Shown here: positions 1 through 13,094 of the stretch, in pieces
Numbering within the stretch: position 1 is the stretch's first letter
Layout: every line of letters starts with the position of its first letter
NCBI GenBank assembly: GCA_964247055.1
Contig: OZ176051.1
Coordinates: 4,650,001-4,714,000, forward strand
DNA length: 64,000 nt
Source of the DNA: Paragordius varius
Lineage: Eukaryota > Animalia > Nematomorpha
Direction of reading: 5' to 3'
Program-made: the position numbers and the translations under genes
Notes under the pieces: model-generated
What the model was told of the DNA's origin: nothing
Databases searched by the model: none
The model's input: only the letters and a program-made list of their open reading frames with translations

Positions 1-93
1 TATTGGAGCGATTCCCTAAAGATATAATGTTTTTAAGATAATAATAATTACAAAAATCAAAGTACCATAAAAATATATTATTATATTGTTTAG

Positions 94-3000
94 AGTTGAC
101 AGAAAACGGGATAAATTAGAACGACAAGTTTTGGATAGCCAGGAAAGAGCTTTTTGGGACGTTTATCGCCCTGTGGTAAAAATATATCTCATTTTTTTAC
201 GACTCTAATTTTACTTTTTTTGTCCATAATTTATATTCAAAAATTTTTCTGCTATATATATATATATAGCCAGGTTCAATTAATGTTTTGGAAGCTGATA
301 TGAGAAAATCTTGCCGATCTTTGAAGTATGGGCTGACTAATAAAGTAAAATATTTTGAATTTATTTTTATATGAGCTTTTTTAATTATCTTATAATTTGT
401 ATCCATTTAATTTATAGACGAAATCCAAAATTATGGAAGAACTTATCAATGAGGTAACTATATTTTAAATGTCAAATTTTATATGAAAAATATATTTTTT
501 AGTTGTTTATGTGTAAGGTCCAAAGTTGTTTTATTAGGCCAAAATTATCTATAAAAGTCATTTTTGCCTGTAAACTGTTTAATAGTAAAAAATTTTTAAT
601 TAAATAATTCTAAATTTATGATTTATTTAACGAAAAAAACAACATAAAATGGCAATTTTATTTATTAAGACTACTGGATTAATTTATATAAATATAAGTG
701 GAATTAATTTTATAAATTGCCCATGTTTACGAAATTTATCTATCATTTCATGCTAGATTGAAATGGATCAACGTAAACTAAGCCGTGGATTAGCTAAAAT
801 GTCCAAAGTTATAGAATTGTAAGTCTTAAAAATTTAATATATCATCTCCATTTAATTTTTTTTTATTTTATTAATACATTTTATATCGTTTTTTTAGTTT
901 TATAAATTATTCTGAACAATATTCCGAACATGACCCTTTTCTAACGCTTCCGGAACCATCAAACCCTTGGATTTCTGATAATACAGAATTTTGGGACAGC
1001 TACGGTCCAAATGTTCCTTTGTAAATAATTTTTAAGAAATTACTTTAATATAAAAAATAATTTAAATTATTTACTCTATTTATTTATTTCCTTTTGATTA
1101 AATTTTACTTTTATATCCAATTAAAACTTTTATTATAATAATAATAATAAATTACAGTATGAGTAAGTATACATTGCTAGAATTGCCAAGGCAGTATTAT
1201 TGCCTGATAGTTTTTTTTTCACTTTTTACTATTATTATCCAATAATAATTCTCTTTGGGCATATGCTATTTGGCAATAATTAATAACTTTCTAGCAATAA
1301 ATACTCACTCATACTGTATATAGAGGTAAAATCAAATGTGTTTATTTTACTGAAAACTATTTTTTTAATTTTTTAGATATTTTTGAAATAATAGTAGAAA
1401 TATAAATGGATTGCACACGCAATTTATTTTAAAACCACACTCTCACAAAATTTAAATTTAAAGATACAAATTATACAAAATGACAGTCCATTTTTAATTT
1501 TTACTGTAAAAATGGTATCATATAGAAAAGAATTACCCGTAAGACGCGTTAAAAAGTGGACATTTTCTCTCAAAGAATTGTTGAAAGATCCGGTCGGTCG
1601 TGAACAATTTATGAAATTTTTGGAAAAAGAATACAGCGCCGAAAATTTAAAGTAACACACATATTTCTACTAAATTATATTATAATATAATTTAAATATC
1701 AGAAATTTGCCACCATTAGCTTTTTTGGAAAAATCCATTTTAACTAATTTGATTTTGATTTTCTATTTTAGTCGTATCAAAATTTGGATTTCTTAGAGAA
1801 AAACAACCTATTAAAGTGATTTGTATAGCTATTTATTTAATTTTTCCATAAATTATAAATTGTGTAATAATGTTATCTTTTGGCAAAATTTTTTTAAAAA
1901 TTTCATAAAAAAATTCTATTATCTTGGAGGTAAAACCAAAAAATTTTGGTTTAAATGTTTACATTTACAGTAAAAATTGAAATTATACGGACAAAACGTT
2001 AAAATATATAATTATTTATTTAAAAAAGATAATCATACTTTACATTGATTAATTAATTACAATTTGGAAACAATTGAGTGATAATTTTACATCTTTTCTT
2101 CCTTATTTTGTAACATGAAACGATGAGTTATGTAATAAATCAAGGTATAAAAAACATGGTTTTATAAAAAATTTGTCTTTTAGTTTATTTTGTTTTAATA
2201 ATTAGAATTTCGGTGTAATTCATTTATTATATTATTGTATATCTTTATTAAGGTTCTACGAAGCATGGAAATTGCTAAAAACTATCCCTTCCAAATTGGT
2301 CAAAAAATGTGTTCAGGACATTTACGAGTAAGTTTATTGTTTTTTTTATGCCTAAAAATATAGTAATTTTTTTTAATTAGCACACAGTAAAATATAAAAT
2401 TATAAGGACAAAAGTTAAAAAGTAAAAGATGTTTGTATTCTCCTTGATGATCGATTTTTCATATATAGCTAAATGATTGCAAAAATATATATATATAATT
2501 TTGAGTGTGTTTCGAATTAGCATCTCTGATATTTCGCTACGATAACGTATTTTTAAAATAATCAAATTTTTAAAATAGTGTATGGTTATTTTTATATACA
2601 AATATTTATCTTAATCTTTACTACGTTTATTTTGATTATTTTAACTTTATTTTTTAGAACTTATTTTTCACCAAATGCACAATTTTCTTTGAACATTGAT
2701 TGTAAATCGGAAAACATTACGAAAGAAAAATTGAAAAATCCTGATCGTAATACCTTTGATGAGGCTGCAGTATATATTTTTTTAGCTTTTTTGTCAAAAA
2801 ATATATTTTATTTTTAATTCTCCAAATTTTATACTTTGATATTTATGTAAGAAGCGAAGCTTTTTCTCAAAAAACTTTTTAATATTTTAATTTTTATTGT
2901 AATTTAGGAACATATTTACCAATTAATGCGAAGTGATAGCTATAATCGTTTTATCCGGTCTGAAACATTCAAAGAAATATTAAATTCCGCAAAGAAAAAA

Positions 3001-3435
3001 GTATTTTATTCCATATATTCAAAATATAATTATTGATTAATATACACAAGTCAATTGATTAAATGGAAAATAAGCTCTAAATAATAATTGGAATTATATA
3101 AAATATATAATATTTAAAAAAGAATTAAATTTTTAATATATCTCTAATTGTATTTTAAACTAAACATAGAATCATATTCCACGTATTGAAAATATTTTTA
3201 TCCAATTTTTCATATATATCTTTAATTAATTTTGCAAAATGTACACTTTAAATTTAAAAAATCCTCTTTTTAAAGGTTAAAAATTTTTATGCAATGTATA
3301 GATCTCACCTTTTTTACAATACAAATATGATTTCATTACCTTTTATGATAGATTCCTAGTCAAACTAAATCCATCTTACCAAAAATTACCAGTTTAAATA
3401 AAAGTGCTATTGTGGGCTTGACTTCAACTACCTGA
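94..3435 (+). CDS. RGS7: R7-family regulator of G-protein signalling (RGS6/7, EGL-10-like), 5'-partial; exons 94-175, 270-344, 418-453, 757-818, 898-1020, 1526-1651, 2253-2327, 2658-2769, 2908-3000, 3352-3435
   Basis: Spliced translation gives [28 protein letters not shown] (DHEX), [29 protein letters not shown] (GGL) and [35 protein letters not shown]...[14 protein letters not shown] (RGS box). All junctions are GT-AG and phase-consistent. The last exon assignment is less certain. Confidence 0.92.
1155..1316. mobile_element. Short Tc1/mariner-type MITE in an RGS intron
   Basis: TA-CAGTATGAGT ... ACTCATACTG-TA terminal inverted repeats with a further internal inverted match; a matching right end recurs near 33830. 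Confidence 0.55.
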
Positions 3436-4130
3436 AAACAGTGTTAAAAAAGAGAGTTATTAGTATTTGAAAACCAAATTTTTAAATACCCAAATGTGCA
3501 ATAGAAACACCATTATTTATTTAATTGAATCATTATCTTTTAATTTATTATACGGATTAAATAATAAATACTCTATTTTATGATGCATAATATTATTGAA
3601 AAATACCAAGGGTTTCTTTTGTTAAGATTTTATTCTGTTACATATCCGGAAAAAATATATTTTTGCTCGAGAAATTATATGTAATTGCACAAAATGTTTT
3701 TCGCATTTAAAAAAGCATAAAAATTAATTAAATTAGCTAAAAACCGATCATTTAAATACGAAAAAACAAAATTGAAACTCTTAAATACAGGATAAAATAC
3801 AAAATCCCATTATAATTAATTTTTATCATGCGAAATTCTAATTGTGTCAATATTTTTTATCTTCCAATTTAGTCCATTTTTATAAAAAAATATATTGATC
3901 CAAAATCTGCAAAAATAAAACTATAAATCACTCACGTACTTCCCTATATTACCTTTATATGCCAGACGCCAAAATCGAAGTGGTTAATAATTTTAAATAC
4001 TTAGGCAATGTCATACATTGCCTAGGTGGAATAAACTAGACAGTTCAATATAGATCCCAACAGGCTTGGGTAAAATATCATCAACTTAAAATAGTGCTCA
4101 AAAATAAACACATATCAGCAAAAAACAAAG

Positions 4131-4433
4131 GTTAATTTTCAGTTTGTTTTCAAATTTTCAGTTGAATTTTCTTGAAAATTCCATTAAATTTAATTTAAAT
4201 TCATATAACCAACTGCATTTATACCAAAATTGCAAAGTTGGATATATATACGAAATCGATATGTGAAAACCCCAAGTCAAATAGTTGTGTCGTACTGATG
4301 AGTGCTAACAAGCACGAAACTAGTCTGCGATATTGACGAATGGTTTTACATATCGTTAATTTCTATTTATACTTCATTTAATTCTATTTAATTTTCCTTT
4401 ATCGTTATCTTACGGATTTTAACAACTGTTATT
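4131..4433 (+). mobile_element. Hammerhead-bearing non-coding repeat (retrozyme / Penelope pLTR-like), single partial copy
   Basis: About 300 bp highly similar to 26950-27192 and 26661-26805; splits the RTE fragment. Confidence 0.8.
4291..4329 (+). ncRNA. Minimal type I hammerhead ribozyme, predicted cleavage after C4325
   Basis: CGUA-CUGAUGA-GUGCU(AACA)AGCAC-GAAA-C-UA-GUC/UGCG: full catalytic core, 5-bp stem II, palindromic ACUAGU stem III, and a stem I that extends into flanking complementarity. Confidence 0.9.
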
Positions 4434-5209
4434 GATCTACAAAGCCGGCATACATCCTCCTGTATGTAAGCGAGACGTGGCCGATGACAGATATTAATCG
4501 AGAAAAAACTAATGAACATAGAAAAGCGAATGCTAAATTTATTCGACATCAATAAGTCAAATTCAAATTTGCATGAGAACTGTACCAAATCGAACCTTTA
4601 AATATTATCATGAGAAAAAAAGGCTTAGATATTTCGTACACATCAAACGTGCTCCAGAACAATGGACAAATAAAATTTTATCCCTACATCCCGAAGGTAA
4701 CAATCGCAGGGGCAGACCAACATTTAACTGAGAAAAAACAATAAATAATGATTTGAGTGTTGCCAACATTGATGATAACGCCTGGCAGGATCGCAAATAT
4801 TACAGGCAGCTTCTATACGGATACAATGGCTAGCCATTAACAAAGACGATACATTTTTAAATAGTTAAAAGAAGTTTTATAATTTTTTAGTTGTAATAAA
4901 ATAGATATGGGTTTAAGCTTCTCCATAGCCAAAAAAACGCTATAAAATACCGACTATTTGCCATCTAACTATTCAATTAAAATATTTTAAACTATATATG
5001 GCCATCAAAATAAAGAAAATATGTCAATTAATTACAATTTATTACGAACAACAATTATGATGTATTTTACAAATAGTAATCAGTCAATCACATTTGTATT
5101 TGATGGTTTTAGGACATTAAAAATCATACAAATTGAAAAATAAAAAATAATTTTACGAAATAAATAATTGTCAAATTTATTTATAATAATAAATAAAAAA
5201 GTATAAATA

Positions 5210-8200
5210 CTATTCCACTTTTTTGGCTAATTCCTCCTTTTCTTGCTCAATTTCTTTTTCGGGATTATCTTCATAACTAAAAAAGGATTTATAGCACAAC
5301 CAAAATAAATAGTTGATAAACACAAAAATATTTATAACGTAAAAAAAGTATTTATTGTAAAAATTACAGTGGCGTTTGATATAAAAAAGTTGGTCCGTAA
5401 TTAAATAAAATTAATATATAACATAGCAAAATTGGTTATTTTTTACCATTTGTTTGATACCATAACATTTTTAACTACAAATTAAATGTCTTAAAGTTTT
5501 GGAAACATCACCTTAGATTAACGACTATAAATAATTTCAAAAGTTTATAATCTATGCAAATTTTAATTTTTTGGAAAAAAACATCCAAAACCTTTCCACA
5601 TACTTTACAAGCTAGAATTTTAAAATTGTATTATAAGATGTCCTCTAATTTCCAAAATATTAAAGGAAAATACAAGTAAAAAATAATAGTATCAAACCTA
5701 TTTTTTCTTAAAATTCACAAAATGTATAGGCCCATATATTTGCATTATTTACTGTAGTAAATATAAAATCAAATTTTGCTTAAACAAAAAAAAACCTCAT
5801 GAGTTGAGTTAATTCTCCTTTGAAAGCTCCAATGATGAAGGGTGTACCCACACACGCTGGTACCAGATAGAGGAGAGCTGGTTGAGCATGTTTATAGAAA
5901 TGTAGGATAAATGTCGTAAATATTAGGCCTGCCACATAAGCCCCCAATGTGGAATAAAAGTATAATCGACCTGGGTGTAATTGCTTGCCTTTGGAATGAG
6001 CAATACTAAAAAAGATACAAAAATACTTTGGCATATGAAAACAAAAAACAAATTTTTTTACAATTATAAAAGATTTTAGAAACCTAAAACAGAGTTATTG
6101 AGAAATTGGATATTTTAAAGATGCATATTTCTATTAAGGTCATTAAACAGATTGAAAAAATCGTTTCGTACTGATTTTGTATACTATGTGTCAATAAGTG
6201 AAAACTTTAAAGAGATGTAGAATGTTAAATTATTTATGAACTAAATAAGTTTTTTTACAAATACAAAGAACCCCAAAAAAGCTATGTGAGAATGGATGCA
6301 TTTATATCGAAATCATATTTTTGCTAAAAATCCAAACAGGTTTTATTATTAATCCATTCAAAACTATTTAAATATACACTTGATTATTTGTGTCTCAAAA
6401 TTTACAGAAACGCAAAAAATGGACAAAAATAATTAAGGCACGAGTTATCGCAATATTATTGATTGATAAAATGTAATGTTAATGAAAAAATACCTATTTT
6501 CAAATCGTAAAATGAGGGCAATAAATATTCCAGGAATAACAATATCGCCAAGACCAAGCATAGCAAAATTAGATGCCGACAATCCTTTCTCCAAAATGTC
6601 CAATGGGAAAAGCACTAATTAATTAAAAATAATTTCACTAAATTGAAATATAACAAAAATAACATTACAAAGACAAAACCTAAAAGCTTTTTTAAGTTAG
6701 TATTTTAAAGCCTTATTTATTCCATATAAATAGTGAATACAATATTAAAATATATAATAGAGTGATGCGTTACACCAATTTTCATCTCTAATGGTTATTT
6801 TTTAACAGAAAAAACGATAGTGTTTAAAAAATCACAATTTAAATATGGTTGCCCCTTTTTAAAAAAACATATTTTTTTTCTTAGTTTTACGTTTAACCTA
6901 AATTTCAATAGCTAATAAATATATACATTTAATTGGAGCTTCGAATGATTTGGCAACTGTGACCATGACATTAGTTCCAAACACCTAATAATAAAAATGA
7001 AAATGGTAAACATTTCAGATCTAATTATAAAAAACAACTCGTTTAAAAAAGATATATATATATATATATATATATATCCAGGAATCAAATCAGGGTCACG
7101 GTTCTATTGTATTTTGGTCAAAAAGTTATCAAATCGATTAAATTTTTACGCATTTACAGATACAAGCTAATTATTCTGATATAATGTGGCTATATAAGGA
7201 GGCATAATGATATAGTAGGTAAGGGGCCGGACTCTTATGCTGCGTGCCAGAGTTCGAACTCTCAAACTAAGCAATTTTTCCATCATCACTTTCAGCCCTG
7301 GGCAGGCGAGTGTTACAGCCTACACATGTCCGGATACAATTTAATTCCTTACCCTTTAATAAAAAAGGAAAATAGGAACTTTAAAGCGTATATTTTTTAA
7401 TAATGTGTCTATATAACTAAACAAATAAAAAGAGAGACAAATAAACGAACAAATTCTAATTAATGCATTTATCTCCTTTAAATCAAAGACAATATATAAT
7501 CATTTGTTATAGAAAACCGTTTAGGTTTTAAAACTTATAAAATCCCGTAAATAAATACAAAAAAACTAAATATTCGTTTTAAATTTACTAAATAATACCC
7601 AAAAAATGTCATAGATGAAAAGGCCACCCAATAAAATCATCCCTGTACTAATACGATTGAGTTGAAGCAATTCAATGGCATTTGTGGCAAAAGCCAAACC
7701 AAAAATATTGTTTGCTATCCAATGCTTTTTAAACAAATACCAAACGCCAATAAGCGAGCTAATGGCTAGGGTTAGGAGATCGACTCGATCGAAATCAAAA
7801 CTCACCAACTCTTCTGTAGAAGAAAATAGCAAATTATAAAAAAGGCTAAAAAAAATTTCATCATATATAAACTAAGATTTAACATTTTAATTAAATAATG
7901 TTATCAATTTAAACTCTTTTTCAAAATTTAACTTATCAGAATTTTCAAAGTATCCTTTTCAATAGGTAAAAGAAATAAAAACTAATGTATAACTAACATA
8001 ATACGGAATAATGAAAACGCAATTTGACTTTACACCTAAATTAAACAATTTGATCATTAACTATTTTCAGAAATAACACTTTGATTTTCATGGTTTTGAT
8101 ATGAAAAAATTTCATTCGTAAATAATATACATTTTTTAAAGAGGCATATTAAAATTTATAGTAAAAGCTCAAAAACAATTCAAAAATAAAATAACCTGTT

Positions 8201-8725
8201 TTTGTAGATAAATCTTCATCTTTATCGTGAGAATTTTTTTCCATAGATTTATGGGAACCTTTGAGCGTAAACTTATAATAGTAATTTGGAAAAGTTGAGG
8301 GTAAAAGTTTTGCGATTAGCCCGCTTTTTATGTGTGTTAATGCAACAACACCCAGAATAAAAAAGTAACCAGTGACCAAAAAATTTATATGTTGCTTCGA
8401 AAAAATCTATTAGTTAGAAATGAAATAGCTACTTTGAAAAATATATATAGCCCTAAAAGAGTAGCACTTGCTGTTAAAGGGAAAATGGCCGCATCTTTAT
8501 GAGATATAAAATCAGATTGTTCCCCAGAATCCTATTATATTTAGAAAATATTTTTACCTTTTGTTTTTGATGATGGACGACAGACTTCAGAGCTCCCAAA
8601 AATATGGGAAAAACGGCCATTATAAGCAAACTAAAATCGGCTACCAGAATACCGCTGGTAGTGGCTTGAAACCGATTAGTTGCATTGTTAGTTATGTTTA
8701 AAGTCGCATTTACAAGATCGCCCAT
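5210..8725 (-). CDS. HM13: Signal peptide peptidase (minor histocompatibility antigen H13), 382 aa; exons 8725-8558, 8531-8433, 8406-8196, 7813-7599, 6984-6927, 6614-6494, 6005-5796, 5276-5210
   Basis: HWIANNIFGLAF, GGLFIYDIFWVFGTNVMVTVAKSFEAPIK (YD motif), LGLGDIVIPG (GxGD) and QPALLYLVP (PAL motif); exon phases sum to a full ORF. Confidence 0.96.
7052..7077. repeat. (AT)n microsatellite
   Basis: Direct reading of the sequence. Confidence 0.95.
7201..7340 (+). mobile_element. tRNA-derived SINE-like element, antisense in an HM13 intron
   Basis: GC-rich island with an A-box-like TGATATAGTAGG and a B-box-like GAGTTCGAAC at tRNA spacing, an anticodon-arm-like GGACTCTTA, no acceptor-stem pairing, and a non-tRNA body. 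Confidence 0.55.
8407..8432 (-). other. 26-nt spliceosomal intron (HM13 intron 2)
   Basis: GTAGCTATTTCATTTCTAACTAATAG; removal joins LYIFFK to IFSKQHINFL in frame. Confidence 0.9.
8532..8557 (-). other. 26-nt spliceosomal intron (HM13 intron 1)
   Basis: GTAAAAATATTTTCTAAATATAATAG; removal joins HHQKQK to DSGEQSDFISHKDAAIFP in frame. Confidence 0.85.
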
Positions 8726-8989
8726 AGCACACGATTGCAATGAAATATATTTGCACTAGGAAAAATATTTTTATTCCTATCCATCGGTGAAAAACTATTA
8801 ATACCATTTCTATTTTTTATATTGTGGAAAATAATCTTTTCGATATAAAAAAAGTTTTATAAGAAGAAAATTATTTTCGTTTGATATATTTTTAAGTGTT
8901 GGCATGCAAAAACTTTAGTGAAATATTTATACTTTATGAGCAAGGGCTATCAATGGCTCGCCATAGTTCGGTGCTATTTGAGCATTTAA

Positions 8990-9536
8990 CACTTAAATTT
9001 AAATTGGGATATCTAAATACCCCAGACTAAATTTAAATTATGATTTTAAAAAACTACTGAAGGAAACGGTCCCAATTTAAATCGATGCCTTTATCCTAAA
9101 ATAAATTATATAACTATGCCAAAATCTCTCAATAAAATTTTGTTTTGAAAAAAAAGTTCCATGTCAAACTACTTCGACGCCATTTTTATTCTACAAAATT
9201 TTTGCAAAATATCGTCTTCATTTAATTTTACGGGTAAAATTCAAGCTAATTTTTTATTTAAATTACATCTAACATAAATAGAAATAAAAAAAGCGGTTTG
9301 CTTTGTATTATTTTTCAATTTTACCATTGCACACATGTCACGTTGACTAAATTTTAACCTTTCGCTTTTAACTTAAAATAAGTAATATCAATATTTTTGA
9401 ATAAATTTTCTTATATATTTCGGTTTATTAATGTTATATAAGGGAATAATTTTACCATGGTTTATTTTAAACAGACCTGGGGTATCCAACTACCACAATT
9501 TGAATCGAACTAAAATGAATGTATTGTATCCAAGTG
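8990..9536. mobile_element. TTAA-flanked MITE (piggyBac-like ends), family copy 1
   Basis: TTAA-CACTT...AAGTG-TTAA ends; body matches 14295-14848 and 39069-39650 in reverse orientation. Confidence 0.75.
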
Positions 9537-11569
9537 TTAAAACATTCTATTAGTCTTTATTTTTCGGCCATGTTAAAGGTCGTTTATAACACTATTTCAG
9601 AATAATAAAAATTCTTCAAAAAAATGATTTCGAATAAATATTTTTTTTTAAATAATGCGCCTAACAATTAAAAACATTTAGAATGGAAATGTTTAACCCA
9701 TTACCATAATCCATACATAAAAAATTATTTGCATTTTATGATATATGCTCGATATCGTAAAATCTTAAAAATTGGACGACATCTAATGTTTCACAGTGTG
9801 GACAAGAAAATATTTTGATAATATATATCCAATTAGTAGAAAATGTGTCAGAATTTTCATAATGCTTTTGGTGTCCTCCTTATGAGTGATTTAAGAAATT
9901 ATTTACACTTTTCTGGTAAGTGCTCCATATCATAAAATGGTAATAGTTGCGCATTTTTTTAAGGAATTTTTATATGAAACCTTAATGATTCATCCAAAAA
10001 ATATCGATAAAATATATTATAAACTATATATAAAAAAATTAATTTTGAGATGACGGCTTCAAAAGTTTCAAATTTTTCCGCTCGTCTAAAATAAGTTAGT
10101 TTTTAAAAAATCAACGCAAAAATGCGAGATTGGGGGATAATAATTTCAAATATATGCTATCAACCAAAAATACCTTGACTTCATTACCTTTTGTCTTTTT
10201 GTTCTAGTTTATATTTTGGGGTAGTGGTATTTTCCGAAGTTCAATTGTACATAAACTATAGTTTTGAAAGTTAGTTTAGTTAAAATTTTTGTATTAGATA
10301 AATATTATATTTTTAAATTTTATGACTTCTAGAGTCTAACATTGAGACAGTCGCAAAAACGATTGAAACGAACATCGATATTTAAAACAAAATATATCGT
10401 TTTTGCTGGTAAAATTTAGTCTGAAAGCTCTTAAAAGTTAATTATTTACATTTTCTTATCATAATATACATTTATTTGCTTGGGCTTTGCTATTCCTAAA
10501 AAACTACCAAAAAAATTGGGGGCAAAAAAGTTTGAGATGAGGATTTTTATACAATTTTACATTTTTTAACAAATTTTTCCGTATAATGCGCCTAAAAGTC
10601 TAGGGAAAGGATATAATAATTTTGACTTAATATTTTAAATACTTTATAAATATTAAAATTTTAAATCAATCTGGGATAAAAACTACCCCAAAAGAAATGG
10701 GTATTAAAAATCATATTATTATTTTATTTTTTTTGTTGAAGCATGCTTGATACTATTATGAGGCATGATGTAAACGGTATAAAACACTTTAAGATATATA
10801 AAAACACTTTTTCTTCATAAGTCGATAATGCTGAACATTTTCATCGATCAAAAATGTGATTTAAAGGTTCGTTTGCTTTAATAATTTTTTAATTTTTGTA
10901 AAAAATTTATAATTAACAAAAAATTAAAGATAAACGATCATTTAATCAAAGTTCTGCGCTGATAACAATGTAAAACTTGATTTTCACAAGGTCGGTGTAC
11001 ACTAGAGGAAAATTATGGTTCAGTCGTCTAAAAAGCATTATGAATTAAATATTTCATATTTTAAATTATGGGAGTGGATTTTACGGGCAATTTCTTTACA
11101 AAAATTTTCGTGAAAACATAGGCGGGACTGAACTGCAGAGCTAATTTAAAAAAATGATTTTCGACGCGTTTAGATAAAATATTGCCTTGAATTTACACGG
11201 TACACGCTTTCTAAAAATTGATACATCGTCAATATTTATTAAATGGTCCTATTTTCATACTTTGGTCTTAATTGAAAGCTGTAAAATAGAGCTTAGTGAC
11301 TTTGGCGCAATTTTAAAAAGTTTAAAAAATATTATTAAAACTGAACGTCCACACGTTTTCAATAAATCGTGTTTCAAAGCCAACAATTATTCAATAAACC
11401 TTATTTGTTCGTAATTAAGGGGGCTAATTTAAAAAGAGCTTAATCACTATCATCGCATTCGTAAAATGATAAAAAAGTACACTATAAAATTGAATGGGCT
11501 ACACGTTTTTGGGAAACCTTTTTCAAACTATTTTAGACACTTCCATTTATTTAAAAACCCGATTTTTAT

Positions 11570-12990
11570 ACAGGATGGGACAAATCGAGCGATTTACATA
11601 AAATGACTTAATCACTGTTGGCGTATATACAAAGGATTAAATAGTTTTCACTTTGGAGTTATAAAGAGCATAGGGTACTCTGATTCTCGCTTAATTAACT
11701 CCAGGTTGCATCAAGGCTCGCCCTTAAGCCCGTTCTTCTTTATTACTATCATGGATGAAAACACTAAACCCTCAGAAGGCTTACCAGCCGATGACTCGGT
11801 ATTAATGGCAAAAAGTGAAGTGCGATTAAACACAAATTAGACGAGATGGAAAGAACGGCTAGAAATGTTTGGCCTTAAAGTTAATATACCATTTGCAGTC
11901 TAAATTCACCCTTAAACAATTCAAATTCCCTTCGAACAATTCAAATTCATCCTAAAATAAATTATGTGTTTTTTCAGATTAAAATTATCTATATTTTTTT
12001 ATATTTTAAAAAAATTTTGTTTAAAATTAAAATAATACTGAAAAATTAATAAACTATGCCATAAAAATATATTTAATTGTAATGATGAGTTATATTAGAC
12101 TGAAATTTCATAATTTATTTTTAGGGTGAATTTGAATTGTTCGAGGGTAAATTTGATGTTCAAGGGTGAATTTAAATTGTTTAAGGGTGAATTTGATTTG
12201 TAATGGTATATCAAAAACATTCATGAACGATAATAATAAATAAAATCCCATTAAATGGCCCCCTGCTCAATACGTAATAAAGAAGTTAAAACCACGCAAT
12301 CCAATGTCTCAAATGTAAAAAATGGGTCCACAAAAAATGCTTAAAGTTGAAATCGCTTAAATTATATCATGATTGTATATGCAGCAATTGCACCACGCCC
12401 AACCCAACTTCCACAAACTATATGCAATGAGGAACCTGAAACGATACAAAGCCTCACATATTTAGGTGATATTATAAGCGCTGGTGGGGGCCTTGAACTT
12501 ACTATAAATAACCGAATAATGAATACCCGGTCAAAATACCATATTTCATTCAAATCCAAATCGACTATTTATACCACCACCATACGACCCGTTCCAAATT
12601 ACGCAACAAAAGCAATTGCTTTAACCAAAACAAATTCGCTTAAGTTACAACAAGCTGAAAAGAGGATCCTAAATACTATACTATATGCAACAAACCCAAA
12701 CTACAATAATAATTTTGACCCAAATATTGTCCTACAAATTACTACACTTATCGACTCTTTGTCAAATCGTCTGAGATTCTCGCGGCATGTTGACCGACGC
12801 CCACATGAAAGTTGGCTATAGCGCATGATCGATTTTTCTACAAGTTTACGAAATCGTAAAGCACGTCTATTTAAAAGTTGGCTATCTATTGTGGAAAACA
12901 ATCTGGCTATTTTAAATCTGAAAATTAAAAATGCGCAAGACCAATGCTTATGGCGTAGAGCTATCAAAGAATTACCTCCTTGTTGAGAGA
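11570..12990 (+). mobile_element. Degenerate RTE-clade reverse transcriptase / C-terminal fragment, interrupted by a MITE
   Basis: LHQGSPLSPFFFITIMD...ADDSVLMA...WKERLEMFGLKVN|ISKT, then YLGDIISAGG and STIYTTTIRPVPNYA; multiple stops. Confidence 0.8.
11889..12206. mobile_element. TATA-flanked MITE with subterminal ~20-bp repeats, copy 1
   Basis: TATA-CCATT...ATGG-TATA ends with inverted arrays of ACCCTTAAACAATTCAAATTC; homologous to 56985-57266 and 59700-59980. Confidence 0.8.
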
Positions 12991-13094
12991 AAAAAACCTT
13001 AAAGGTTGAATTAGAATGAGCTTATAAGTTTTATAAAAATGCTTCTACATAAAGATTATCATATACTATACAAAATTTATTTAATATAACCATT

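Larger units (their letters stand above)
3960..4850 (+). mobile_element. Degenerate RTE-clade non-LTR retrotransposon fragment, interrupted at 4131-4433
   Basis: IEVVNNFKYLGNVI...AWVKY...LKNKHISAKNK on the left of the insertion and LIYKAGIHP/LYVSETWPMT on the right; contains stops and frameshifts. Confidence 0.75.

Noticed and set aside
7280-7335. Twister-like (TAACACT...AAAGTG) and U7-like (AGTGTTACAGC) matches
   Set aside because: The twister P4/pseudoknot elements and the U7 Sm site and hairpin are missing; a tRNA-derived head explains the island better.
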